A stretch of 64,000 nucleotides of DNA from Bryobacteraceae bacterium (GTDB lineage Bacteria; Acidobacteriota; Terriglobia; Bryobacterales; Bryobacteraceae), in assembly GCA_036276155.1 (NCBI GenBank), contig DATBEG010000127.1:10939-74938 (forward strand), in the 5' to 3' direction. Each line of letters starts with the position of its first letter. Position 1 is the first letter of the stretch. Positions 9,795 through 18,965 of this stretch are shown one piece after another. Below the pieces are notes generated by a model that searched no databases, was not told where the DNA came from, and saw only the letters and a list, made by a program, of their open reading frames with translations. The translations under genes and the position numbers were made by a program.

Positions 9795-11339
9795 CTATTT
9801 GAAAGTTCCGGAGCCTGGCTGCTGCCCACCAGATAAGCCGGCCGGTGTTGGAGACATGGATGATGGCGCTTGCGTGCCGTTACTGTCCTGTGCCCCCCGC
9901 CCGTTCGGTGGCAGCGGTAAGCTCTTCAGTTGTTCTATCGGCACTGTGTCGATTCTCTGTATAGGGCCAGTTGGTCCGGTGACGTCGGCACCCGGCGTCC
10001 GGGGTGCGGTCTGCGGCATGTCTTTGGTCCACTTCAGCGGCATGCTCAGCCCCGGTACTTGTGCATTCGCCGGGATGGGACGCACCAACTCCGGGGTCAC
10101 CACCACAAGCAGCTCGGTATCGTTTGTTTGGAAGGACTTTGACTGAAACAGCTTGCCCAGCACAGGCAGACTCGCCAGGCCCGGGATCTTGTTGAGCTGC
10201 TCGGTGATTTGTTTGTCTAGCAGCCCGGCAATCACGAAGCTCTGCTCGTTTTCGAGTTCGACTTCTGTCTGGACCCGCCGTGTGGCCAGCCCAGGCACTG
10301 AGTAACCACTTACTGTGAGCCCATTCGAATAGTCAAGGGAACTCACTTCCGGCACAACCTGAAGCAGAATGGAGCCGCGTGGTGTCACCACAGGCAGGAA
10401 GTTCAGGCGGATACCGAACTCCTTGAATTGAATCGTGATCTGACCGACGCCGGACGCGCCTCCCTGAATGGTCGGGAACGGGAATTCGCCTCCCGCAAGA
10501 AAACTCGCCGGCTGGCCACTGACGGTCAGAAGATTGGGTTCGGCCAGGATTTGCAGGATGTTTTTCTCTTCGAGGGCCTGTATATATGCGCCGATATTGA
10601 GATCCGGGCGGTAATAGAAGAGGTTCAGCAGATCCTGAAAAGAAAGCGACTGACCGCCGGGACTGCCGGTCAGCGCCGTATAGGGACCGAACTGTGTAGT
10701 TGAGGAATTCGCAACGCCTTTGGCGTTGGCGCTGAAGAAATTGAAGCCGTATTGCTCGGCTGCAGACCGGCTGACGGTGGCGAAACGAACTTTGAGAAGA
10801 ATCTGGGTTGAACCCGGCGGCACAGTGACATGGAGAAGATTCACTACCTTGCCGAGCGAAGACGCGATATTCAAGGCACGGTCGGCGGCAATGACGTCGC
10901 TCGCAGTGCCGCGCAGAAACACGGTTTTCCCTTCCACGCTGACCGTAATTCCGGGTCCCAACTCGCTGTTTAACTCACTTTGAACGGATTCAACGCTCTT
11001 TGAATCGTTGAGGACCGAAATATCGAACGTCGACCGATTGCCCTTCGGGTCCCAAAGAATCAGGTTCGTGTCACCAGCGGTCTTGCCGTTGATGAGAATT
11101 TCATTAGAATTCACGGCGACTGCTTCGGCGATTTCGGGGTTGGAGATCGAGATGCGGCGAACTCCATCCGGACGCTCGAGCACCATCGACTTGTTCACCG
11201 GCACGGTGAGCATAGACGCAGGGGCGGCCTGAGCGGCCGCGGAAACAGGTGTTTGCTGGTCCGGCTTCGTGAGGGCGGAATGAGTGTCATCCGCCAAAGC
11301 CAGCGCGCATGGGATGGTAACTAGTAGTAAGAGTTTCAC
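9795..11339 (-). CDS. cpaC: Tad pilus secretin CpaC/RcpA
   Basis: 514 aa with a signal peptide (MKLLLLVTIPCALALA). The secretin core includes LQILAEPNLLTVSGQPASFLAGGEFP and IPGLASLPVLGKLFQS...ELLVVVTPELV. It has a Pro/Gly/Ser-rich C-terminal tail. Confidence 0.9.
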   Translation of the reverse strand: MKLLLLVTIPCALALADDTHSALTKPDQQTPVSAAAQAAPASMLTVPVNKSMVLERPDGVRRISISNPEIAEAVAVNSNEILINGKTAGDTNLILWDPKGNRSTFDISVLNDSKSVESVQSELNSELGPGITVSVEGKTVFLRGTASDVIAADRALNIASSLGKVVNLLHVTVPPGSTQILLKVRFATVSRSAAEQYGFNFFSANAKGVANSSTTQFGPYTALTGSPGGQSLSFQDLLNLFYYRPDLNIGAYIQALEEKNILQILAEPNLLTVSGQPASFLAGGEFPFPTIQGGASGVGQITIQFKEFGIRLNFLPVVTPRGSILLQVVPEVSSLDYSNGLTVSGYSVPGLATRRVQTEVELENEQSFVIAGLLDKQITEQLNKIPGLASLPVLGKLFQSKSFQTNDTELLVVVTPELVRPIPANAQVPGLSMPLKWTKDMPQTAPRTPGADVTGPTGPIQRIDTVPIEQLKSLPLPPNGRGAQDSNGTQAPSSMSPTPAGLSGGQQPGSGTFK

Positions 11340-11341
11340 GG

Positions 11342-12205
11342 CTATTTCCCTGAACCCTCGATTTTTTGTTCGCTACGCTTGGCGCCGCTGTAGACCTCGA
11401 TCGTGGTCGCCTCAGGCGTAACCGCGTGAATGGGGAGGACAGGTTTGGCAACAGCCGGCGCCGGGGAGGTAGCCGCCTTGACGGATTGTCCAAACAGGCT
11501 TGCCAGCGAAATGCCTTGGGTCGGCTGTTCGTTGTTGTCGAGCGGATTTCGCAGCACCAACTGTACCCTGGTCTGATCACTCGCCAAACTGAGAACCTCA
11601 GCCTGATCGGGACTGACCAGCAGGTTCACAACCTGAACGGATTCCGGTTTACCTTCGACATTCTTCTCAATCTTCTGTCCAGCCGAGAGCACCTCAATGG
11701 CCTGAAGAATGGTCCGGCAAAGGACCCCGTTCTGATTCGGGCCGGCGGAGGGGGCATTGCCCATGACCAGTACATCCACCCGCATGCCGGGAAGAACAAA
11801 ACCGGCGAGGCCGATGACTTCGTTCACGCGCAGCGCCACAGCGCGCATGCCCACTGGAATAGTCGATGCAAGGCCCGCACCCGCGCCTTTCGCCGCGAGC
11901 CGCTTCTCGACAATCGGCTCTCCCGCATATATAGGAGCGACCACGCCGCGATTAAGCACGTCTTGCCGCGTTTTGATTGCTTTCTCCGCAATAGATCCGC
12001 TCCAGGAAACTGCAGCAATATCGCTGTCGTGGATCAAAGCCCCAACCTGCAGATCACGAGTAGCAACAATGAGCTTGTTTGTGACTACCGGGGCAGCAGG
12101 AGCGGACGTTCTGACTTGTGAAATCAGAAGTTTGTAGACCGCGAAGCTTGCCAGCCCGGCGACGACAAGCGCGAACACAAAAACACCCAGTAAACGTCGA
12201 TTCAT
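11342..12205 (-). CDS. cpaB: Flp pilus assembly protein CpaB/RcpC
   Basis: 287 aa with an N-terminal TM anchor and a SAF-like segment (LIVATRDLQVGALIHDSDI). Its position between flp and the secretin gene fits CpaB. Confidence 0.85.
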   Translation of the reverse strand: MNRRLLGVFVFALVVAGLASFAVYKLLISQVRTSAPAAPVVTNKLIVATRDLQVGALIHDSDIAAVSWSGSIAEKAIKTRQDVLNRGVVAPIYAGEPIVEKRLAAKGAGAGLASTIPVGMRAVALRVNEVIGLAGFVLPGMRVDVLVMGNAPSAGPNQNGVLCRTILQAIEVLSAGQKIEKNVEGKPESVQVVNLLVSPDQAEVLSLASDQTRVQLVLRNPLDNNEQPTQGISLASLFGQSVKAATSPAPAVAKPVLPIHAVTPEATTIEVYSGAKRSEQKIEGSGK

Positions 12206-12254
12206 CTCAAATTGCTTTCTGTTTAATTAAGGATTACGGCTGTCCAAACATTTA

Positions 12255-12339
12255 CGGGCATTCGTTGCGCAAAAGCGCATGCCCTTCTAGGAACAGCCCA
12301 AATATCGAGCCGCGGTGGAAGTGGGAACAGCGCCGCGGC
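12255..12339 (-). terminator. Two stem-loops downstream of flp (possible attenuator or mRNA-stabilising hairpins)
   Basis: GCCGCGG (12309-12315) pairs with CCGCGGC (12333-12339). GGGCAT (12255-12260) pairs with ATGCCC (12278-12283), enclosing an inner TGCGC/GCGCA stem. Neither is followed by a U-tract, so they are not classical intrinsic terminators. Confidence 0.3.
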
Positions 12340-12366
12340 CCGTCTTGAATTGTTTGTGGCTGGTTT

Positions 12367-12555
12367 TCAACCAGCAACGGTAACAGCGTCCGACAGAGCG
12401 TTGCTAACGCTGTTCCAGAGCTTTGTAATGTTCGTCTGGATTGTTGTCAGCACGGCAACAGCAGCCAGCGCGATGAAGGCCATAAGCAGAGCGTATTCGA
12501 CTAAGTCTTGTCCGTCCTCCTCTTGCCAAAATGCCTTTAAAGCCGATGTATTCAT
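12367..12555 (-). CDS. flp: Flp family type IVb pilin (62-aa prepilin)
   Basis: I use the internal ATG at 12555, which has AAGGAGGAA immediately upstream. Product is MNTSALKAFWQEEDG|QDLVEYALLMAFIALAAVAV... with the Flp G/xxxxEY processing motif and a hydrophobic helix. The 93-aa ORF-track model adds an implausible N-terminal extension. Confidence 0.85.
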   Translation of the reverse strand: MNTSALKAFWQEEDGQDLVEYALLMAFIALAAVAVLTTIQTNITKLWNSVSNALSDAVTVAG

Positions 12556-12601
12556 AGTTCCTCCTTTCACCAGTTTTGGAAGCATGTAAGAATCTTTTCG
12601 G

Positions 12602-14182
12602 TCAATCTCCAGGTTGTATGCCTCTCCGGAAAATAATAGTTGCCCCATCGTCGAAGAGCAGCTTCCAACCGGGAGATTTCTTCAGAACCGTCGCGAGAGG
12701 GGCGTCCGTTTTCACCATCACTCCGTCGATGCCAAACTTGTTCAGCAGGCCTTCACAGTCGAACTGCGCATCCATAATCCGCTGGTATTTCTTGAGCAGC
12801 CCGGCGCCATAAAAGTCGCTCCGCCCGTCGAAGAAGACCTTTTGCGACGGGTAATAGGTGTAGATCAGATAGTCGGCCCACTGGTCGACCGTAAACACGC
12901 GCTCCACATGAGCCGCATGCAATACGGAGATGGCGCGTGATGGGAAATTCTTGGGATTGAACTCAGCCTGGAAAACGCCCTTACCGGAGGCGAGACACAG
13001 GGCGAGCAACAGAACCGCGACTCCGGACAGCAGATAGGAGCGGCCAACCCGTTCCATCGAGCGCAGATCATTCGCGATCTCGGCCACGGCGTCGGCCAAT
13101 TTCGCGAATATCGGCAGCGAACTCGCGCGCGCCAACAGATCCTGTATCAGCAACGCCGCCGGCGCCGCGGAAAGCAGCATGAACAGCGGGATATTCCGGG
13201 CTGAGAATAGCGCCGCATGCGCGAACAACAAGGTCGAAACGCCCAGCCCAACCAGCCGGTGCGCAAAACACCAGAACGCTGCGGCGATCCCCAGGATCAG
13301 CAGACATTCAAAGAATACTGAGCCCGGGTGATGAAAGCTGATCGTCTGGAACTCGGAAATATTATCGAGCAAGGTCGAGTCATGAAGATAGGCAATGACG
13401 TGCTCGTGCAATCTCCAGCCATATGGATTCACCAGTGTTGCCGCTGCGCACCCGAGCGTACATCCGAGATACTCGACAGCCTGCTTGTAAGCAGTCCACG
13501 TGGGCCTAACACTGCTGAATGTGACCTCGATCGCTTCACCAATTACGGCCGCAAAAAGAAGCAGCAGGCCGACGAAAAAGCCGCCGTGCAAATTGGTCCA
13601 CAACAGCATTAATGGCGGTGTCCAGAGGAGCGCTTTGCGGTTGCCTTGTCGAGCCGAAAGGATCAGATGCGCAAAAATGAGCGCAAAAACCCAGGACACA
13701 AGATGCGGACGGGCAAGCCAATGAATCATGGATCCGCACATGGCCAGCATGGTGAAGCCGAACGCCAGGATGTCGTTGCCTGTATACCGCCGGACCAACC
13801 GGAATGCGAGCGCGGAAGCAAAACAAATCAGAAGAATGTTGATGAACGCAACGCCCGCCAACCCGGTGGAGCGGCTGATTGCGCCGAAAAGTGCATCCCA
13901 TGCCCACTCCCATGCAAACCAGCTATGACCGGGCATGGTGAACGAGAACAAGTCGACTCTGGGCACCCGATGGTTGTCGAGAATCCACTCACCGGTGCGA
14001 ATGTGCCAACCGGTGTCACCGTCGGAGAGCAGTTGCGGGACGCCGCTGAGCATCCCGAACACGAGAAACAGAGGCAGAAGAAAGGAAAAATCTGTTAAGC
14101 ATGGCAACAGACGCAGATACCAGTCTGTGGCGGCGGGCTGAGAGCCAACTTCTTTCCAAGGCTGAGTAAGGGTCGTTTCCAT
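12602..14182 (-). CDS. Polytopic membrane protein of unknown function, GT-C-glycosyltransferase-like architecture
   Basis: 526 aa. About 400 aa consist of repeated hydrophobic helices. An acidic motif sits in the first predicted loop (LLSDGDTGWHIRTGEWILDNHRVP). A second loop motif is LWTNLHGGFF. A hydrophilic C-terminal domain of about 110 aa follows. It lies between tadV and flp on the same strand. The functional call is inference only. Confidence 0.6.
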   Translation of the reverse strand: METTLTQPWKEVGSQPAATDWYLRLLPCLTDFSFLLPLFLVFGMLSGVPQLLSDGDTGWHIRTGEWILDNHRVPRVDLFSFTMPGHSWFAWEWAWDALFGAISRSTGLAGVAFINILLICFASALAFRLVRRYTGNDILAFGFTMLAMCGSMIHWLARPHLVSWVFALIFAHLILSARQGNRKALLWTPPLMLLWTNLHGGFFVGLLLLFAAVIGEAIEVTFSSVRPTWTAYKQAVEYLGCTLGCAAATLVNPYGWRLHEHVIAYLHDSTLLDNISEFQTISFHHPGSVFFECLLILGIAAAFWCFAHRLVGLGVSTLLFAHAALFSARNIPLFMLLSAAPAALLIQDLLARASSLPIFAKLADAVAEIANDLRSMERVGRSYLLSGVAVLLLALCLASGKGVFQAEFNPKNFPSRAISVLHAAHVERVFTVDQWADYLIYTYYPSQKVFFDGRSDFYGAGLLKKYQRIMDAQFDCEGLLNKFGIDGVMVKTDAPLATVLKKSPGWKLLFDDGATIIFRRGIQPGD

Positions 14183-14272
14183 GTATCCCGGCAGGGATTG
14201 CCTACGCTAACTAATCGACAGGGCGGAATGGTTTCATTAACTCTGTTCCTGCCGAACCTACTGCCGGATACC

Positions 14273-14809
14273 TTAGAGGTGCAGATAGGAATTCAGGATA
14301 AGAAAAGCTACGGAGCCGGCTGCAATCGAGACGCCGTGCGGCAACCGCATCGAGCGTTGACTCTTAACGTCGAGTGATTCGTGCCTTACTGCTGGTGCCC
14401 GGAAGTGCGTAAGCTCGTTCATCAGAACGGCCACATTCAGGAAGGTACGTTTCAGATCCTTCTTGCTGAGTGCTACGGCAACGGCCAAAATACCGCCCGC
14501 GATCGCAGTGAACAGGAAGATAACGACCCAATTCTGCGGGCCGACCACTGAGCCGACGGCCGACATTAACTTCGCGTCGCCCGCACCCATGGCTCGCAAC
14601 ATATAAAGAGGAAGATAAAGCGCCAGCGCCAGACCAAAACCCATCAGCGCCGCTTCGAGTCCATGCCGTGCGAACAGCAACGTGTTCGCGCCTGCGCCCA
14701 AAACAATTCCACTCAGATTCAGCCAATTCGGGATACGCCGGAAGCGGAAATCATATGCTGCTGCGAATCCTACGAGCGCAACCAGGACGCACTTCAGAAC
14801 GAACGGCAT
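14273..14809 (-). CDS. tadV: Prepilin peptidase, A24 family (TadV/CpaA type, no methyltransferase domain)
   Basis: 178 aa and all membrane helices. The two aspartate motifs are AAAYDFRFRRIPNWL and MGAGDAKLMSAVG. Confidence 0.85.
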   Translation of the reverse strand: MPFVLKCVLVALVGFAAAYDFRFRRIPNWLNLSGIVLGAGANTLLFARHGLEAALMGFGLALALYLPLYMLRAMGAGDAKLMSAVGSVVGPQNWVVIFLFTAIAGGILAVAVALSKKDLKRTFLNVAVLMNELTHFRAPAVRHESLDVKSQRSMRLPHGVSIAAGSVAFLILNSYLHL

Positions 14810-14988
14810 TCTCCTCTGATTTCATCGGACGCGGATAGGAATTTCTTGAGAGCAAAACAGGCGCAAGCGGATACGGATTTCTCTGTCTTCCTAGCGGAAG
14901 TTCCTGTCAGGCCCTCGCTCTCGACGCGAACATTTCGGACGATGACTACGCAGCGGGTTACGTTCGAAGTCCTCTTAGACGCGGTTGT

Positions 14989-16434
14989 TCAACCTGGATG
15001 CGTCATCGCTTCCGGATTTACCGATTTGTCAAAATCTTCGGCGGAAATATAGCCCAGCTTGAGAGCGGCTTCCCGTAATGTTGAATGATCGTGATGCGCC
15101 GTGTGCGCGATCTTCGCTGCTTTGTCGTAACCGACTATGGGGCTCAAGGCCGTCACCAGCATAAGTGAGTTCTGGACATCTTGTTCGAGTTGCTGGCGAT
15201 TGACTTCGATGCCGGTGGCACAGTGCTCGCGGAAGCTGCGGCAGGTGTCTGCCAGCAGGCGCACCGAATGCAGGAAGTTAAAGATGATGATCGGTTTGTA
15301 GACATTCAGCTCAAAGTTGCCCTGCGATCCCGCGAGGCCGATTGCGACGTCGTTTCCGATCACTTGCACGGCGACCATCGTCATCGCTTCACACTGTGTC
15401 GGATTGACTTTGCCGGGCATAATAGACGAACCGGGTTCATTCTCGGGGATGGTCAACTCTCCCAGTCCGCAGCGTGGGCCAGAGGCAAGCCACCTGACAT
15501 CATTGGCTATTTTCATCAGGGAGGCGGCAAGCGTTTTCAGCGCACCGCTTGCAAATACCAGTTCATCGTGCGCCGAGAGTGCAGCAAATTTGTTGGGATG
15601 AGAGCGGAAGGGCAGTCCGCTGAGTTCGGCGATTTTAGCGGAGGCGCGCTCGCCGAAATCCGGCGGAGCATTCAGACCAGTGCCGACGGCCGTCCCACCG
15701 ATGGCGAGATCATAGAGGCCGTCGACCGCCTCCTTGAGCCGCATCATGTCGCGGTCGAGGAGTGAAACCCAGCCGGACATCTCTTGCCCGACTGTGAGGG
15801 GCGTTGCATCTTGCAGGTGCGTCCGGCCGATCTTTACGACATCCGCGAACGCCTTTGCTTTCTCCTCGAGCACGTCGCGCAATTCGCGCACGCTGGGAAT
15901 GAGCTTGTGAACCATGCGCTCCGCGGCTGCGATGTGCATGGCAGTAGGGAAGGTGTCGTTCGACGACTGCGACATGTTGACGTGGTCGTTTGGATGGACC
16001 GGCTTCTTGCTGCCCATGGCGCCGCCGGCCAACTCGATGGCGCGATTCGAGATGACCTCGTTCGCATTCATGTTGGTCTGCGTGCCGCTGCCGGTCTGCC
16101 AGATGCGCAACGGAAAATGGTCGTTCAAGCGGCCCTCGATTACTTCCTCGGCTGCCCGAACGATGAGCTTCGTCTTCTGGTCATCAAGCCTGTTGAGGTC
16201 GTGATTAACCAGCGCGGCAGCTTTCTTGAGGATGCCGAAAGCTCGAATCAGCTCCGGCGGCATGAGGTCTTCGCCAATGTCGAAGTGGTGGAGCGAGCGC
16301 TGCGTCTGTGCGCCCCAATACCGGTCCGCCGGGACTTCCATGGGACCCATGCTGTCGGATTCGGTACGTTTCTGAGCGGCCTGGCTCGTTTCAGTCGTAG
16401 TCACACTTATATTCTGTAACGTTCGCCTTCCCAT
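14989..16434 (-). CDS. fumC: Class II fumarate hydratase
   Basis: [26 protein letters not shown] aligns with the FumC N-terminus. The signature [16 protein letters not shown] is present. The start is uncertain: ATG 16434 or an in-frame GTG at 16404. Confidence 0.95.
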   Translation of the reverse strand: MGRRTLQNISVTTTETSQAAQKRTESDSMGPMEVPADRYWGAQTQRSLHHFDIGEDLMPPELIRAFGILKKAAALVNHDLNRLDDQKTKLIVRAAEEVIEGRLNDHFPLRIWQTGSGTQTNMNANEVISNRAIELAGGAMGSKKPVHPNDHVNMSQSSNDTFPTAMHIAAAERMVHKLIPSVRELRDVLEEKAKAFADVVKIGRTHLQDATPLTVGQEMSGWVSLLDRDMMRLKEAVDGLYDLAIGGTAVGTGLNAPPDFGERASAKIAELSGLPFRSHPNKFAALSAHDELVFASGALKTLAASLMKIANDVRWLASGPRCGLGELTIPENEPGSSIMPGKVNPTQCEAMTMVAVQVIGNDVAIGLAGSQGNFELNVYKPIIIFNFLHSVRLLADTCRSFREHCATGIEVNRQQLEQDVQNSLMLVTALSPIVGYDKAAKIAHTAHHDHSTLREAALKLGYISAEDFDKSVNPEAMTHPG

Positions 16435-16451
16435 CTGCGCCCGAATAAGTC

Positions 16452-18917
16452 ATGATGGCAAGCATGTTTAGAGTTCTGGTTCGCGGCGCGGTTCCTCTCG
16501 CAATCGCAACACTGTTGGCGATGGCTGATGAGCCCTATCAAAAGCCACCGGCGGAGATCATGCGGGTTCTCTCGGCGCCGACGCCTCCGGATGCCACTGT
16601 CAGTCCGGATGGAACGCGCATGCTGCTCGCGGAGCGAATTCTTTACCCGCCCGTCGCGGAGCTTGCGCAACCGATGCTCAGATTGGCCGGAGTGCGTATC
16701 AACCCGAAGAACAATGGTCCGCACAGCACAGTGCTGTGGAAGTCGCTAACAGTGCAAAGCCTGAACGGGCCGGAGCAAATCAAAGTGGACCTTCCTGCGG
16801 GCGCCGAGATTACTGCGCCGGAATGGAGCTTCGACAGCAAACATTTCGCGTTCACAAATGTCACGCCTGATTCGGTAGATCTGTACATCGGCGACGCCGG
16901 GTCGGGCCGGATTCAGCAAGTGAAAGGGCTCCATGTCAACGAAGCGTTAGGCGTGGGTGGCGCCGGCTTCGGGGCAGGGCAACGCACCCCGGTGCAGTGG
17001 ATGCCGGATAATCGCACGCTGCTTGTCGAAACTGTGCCGGTGGATCGGGGCGCACCTCCGCAGGAACCCGTTGTGCTACCGGGACCGCACACTCAGGAGA
17101 GCCAGGGCAAAGCTGGCCCCGCACCTACCTACGAAGATCTTTTGAAGAATGCGCGCGATGAACAGTTATTCGACTACTATGCGACGGCACAACTAGTGTT
17201 CGTAGACGCCTCGACCGGCAAGCCGACTGCGTACGGCAAGCCCGGGATCTTCACGGCTCTGGAGGTTTCGCCGAACGGGCAGAGCCTGCTGGTAGCTCGC
17301 CTTCATAAGCCGTATTCGTACTTTCATCCCTACAACTCGTTTGCAAAGGATGTCGAGGTTTGGGACCGCTCCGGGAAGCCGGTCTACAAGGTGGCGAGCC
17401 TGCCGCTTGCAGAACGCGTTCCCATCGGTGGTGTGCCCACGGGGCCGCGCGATTATCACTGGCTGCCTGCGCAGGCGGCATCGCTCTACTGGGTGGAGGC
17501 GATGGACGGCGGAAATCCGAAGGAGACCGTGCCTCATCGCGATCGCATCATGATCGCAAAAGTCTCGGCGTCAGGCGCGCAACCACAGGAGCTGATGAAG
17601 GTAGAGCAGCGTTTCAGCCGCATCGAATTCGGAGAGTCAGGCACATTCTCTCTGGTCACCGACTACGACCGGAAGAAGCGCTGGGTGCGAACGTTCAGTA
17701 TCAACCCGGAGCAGCCAGGCGCTGAACCGAAACTGATCTGGTCGCGCAACATGCAAGATCGCTACAAGGACCCTGGAACGCCCGAGATGAAGCGGCTGGC
17801 AAACGGCAAGCTGACTATCCGCCAGGATGGCGACGCGATCTTCCTCCGGAGTCTGGGAGCCACAACTCAGGGGGATCGTCCGTTCCTGAGCCGCTTTGAT
17901 GTCAAGACCGGTGAGACGAAACAGCTATTTCGCTGCGATGACAAACATTATGAAACTGTGGAAGCCATTCTTGACCCGAGCGGCCAAAAACTGCTGACGC
18001 GCCGGGAATCGCAAACAGAGCCGCCCAACTTCTTTATTCGCGACGGCGCTGGCGAGCCGAAAATTGTGACGCATTTTTCCGACCCGACGCCGGAGCTGCG
18101 CAAGATGACCAAGCAGCTTGTCACTTACAAACGCAGCGACGGAGTGCCGTTGTCATTCACCCTCTACTTGCCGCCGGACTACAAACCGGGAACGCGCCTG
18201 CCGACTGTGCTTTGGGCTTATCCGTTCGAATACAACGACGCCGATACCGCAAGCCAGGTCACCGGTTCGACAAACCGGTTCACCACGATCACAGGCGCCT
18301 CGGAGATCTTCTACGCTTTGCACGGCTATGCCGTTCTGGACAACGCGGGCATGCCGGTCATCGGCAACGACCCGGACACGGTCAACAACACGTATCTGGA
18401 ACAAATCGTGATGGATGCAAAAGCGGCTATCGATAAAGCGGCTGAAATGGGCGTCACAGACCCGAACCGGGTAGGGGTAGCGGGCCACAGCTACGGCGCT
18501 TTTATGACAGCCAATCTGCTTTCGCATTCGAACCTGTTCAAGGCGGGTATCGCGAGGAGCGGCGCATACAATCGAACGCTGACCCCGTTCGGTTTCCAAA
18601 CCGAGGAACGAACGCTATGGCAAGCGCCGGATGTGTACCTGAAGATGTCGCCGTTTCTGTCCGCCGACAAAATCAAAGGTGCGCTACTCATGATTCACGG
18701 AGAAGCTGACGACAACACCGGCACGTTCCCCATCCAATCGGAGCGAATGTACGCGGCAGTGCGCGGTAACGGCGGTACGGTGCGGCTCGTGACCTTGCCC
18801 TACGAAGCGCACGGTTACCGCGGTCTGGAATCGATTGAACACACGCTCTATGAAATGATGAGCTGGTTCGATCGCTATGTGAAGAACGCGGACGCGACGC
18901 TGTCGGCCGCGCAGTAG
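16452..18917 (+). CDS. Exported S9 family serine peptidase (prolyl oligopeptidase/dipeptidyl peptidase-like)
   Basis: 821 aa with a signal peptide. A long beta-propeller-like N-region precedes the C-terminal hydrolase domain. The hydrolase domain has the nucleophile elbow VAGHSYGAFM, the acid HGEADDN and the His in YEAHGY. Confidence 0.9.
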   Translation: MMASMFRVLVRGAVPLAIATLLAMADEPYQKPPAEIMRVLSAPTPPDATVSPDGTRMLLAERILYPPVAELAQPMLRLAGVRINPKNNGPHSTVLWKSLTVQSLNGPEQIKVDLPAGAEITAPEWSFDSKHFAFTNVTPDSVDLYIGDAGSGRIQQVKGLHVNEALGVGGAGFGAGQRTPVQWMPDNRTLLVETVPVDRGAPPQEPVVLPGPHTQESQGKAGPAPTYEDLLKNARDEQLFDYYATAQLVFVDASTGKPTAYGKPGIFTALEVSPNGQSLLVARLHKPYSYFHPYNSFAKDVEVWDRSGKPVYKVASLPLAERVPIGGVPTGPRDYHWLPAQAASLYWVEAMDGGNPKETVPHRDRIMIAKVSASGAQPQELMKVEQRFSRIEFGESGTFSLVTDYDRKKRWVRTFSINPEQPGAEPKLIWSRNMQDRYKDPGTPEMKRLANGKLTIRQDGDAIFLRSLGATTQGDRPFLSRFDVKTGETKQLFRCDDKHYETVEAILDPSGQKLLTRRESQTEPPNFFIRDGAGEPKIVTHFSDPTPELRKMTKQLVTYKRSDGVPLSFTLYLPPDYKPGTRLPTVLWAYPFEYNDADTASQVTGSTNRFTTITGASEIFYALHGYAVLDNAGMPVIGNDPDTVNNTYLEQIVMDAKAAIDKAAEMGVTDPNRVGVAGHSYGAFMTANLLSHSNLFKAGIARSGAYNRTLTPFGFQTEERTLWQAPDVYLKMSPFLSADKIKGALLMIHGEADDNTGTFPIQSERMYAAVRGNGGTVRLVTLPYEAHGYRGLESIEHTLYEMMSWFDRYVKNADATLSAAQ

Positions 18918-18965
18918 CCGCTAACTGCGAGTCGGGACGCCACGTACAATAGCATCGGCGTCCTG

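Noticed and set aside
12556-12648. N-terminal 31-codon extension of the flp ORF (93-aa model)
   Set aside because: The internal ATG at 12555 has a strong AAGGAGG site and gives a 62-aa prepilin with a normal-length leader. The extension would also run past the stop codon (12602-12604) of the upstream gene.
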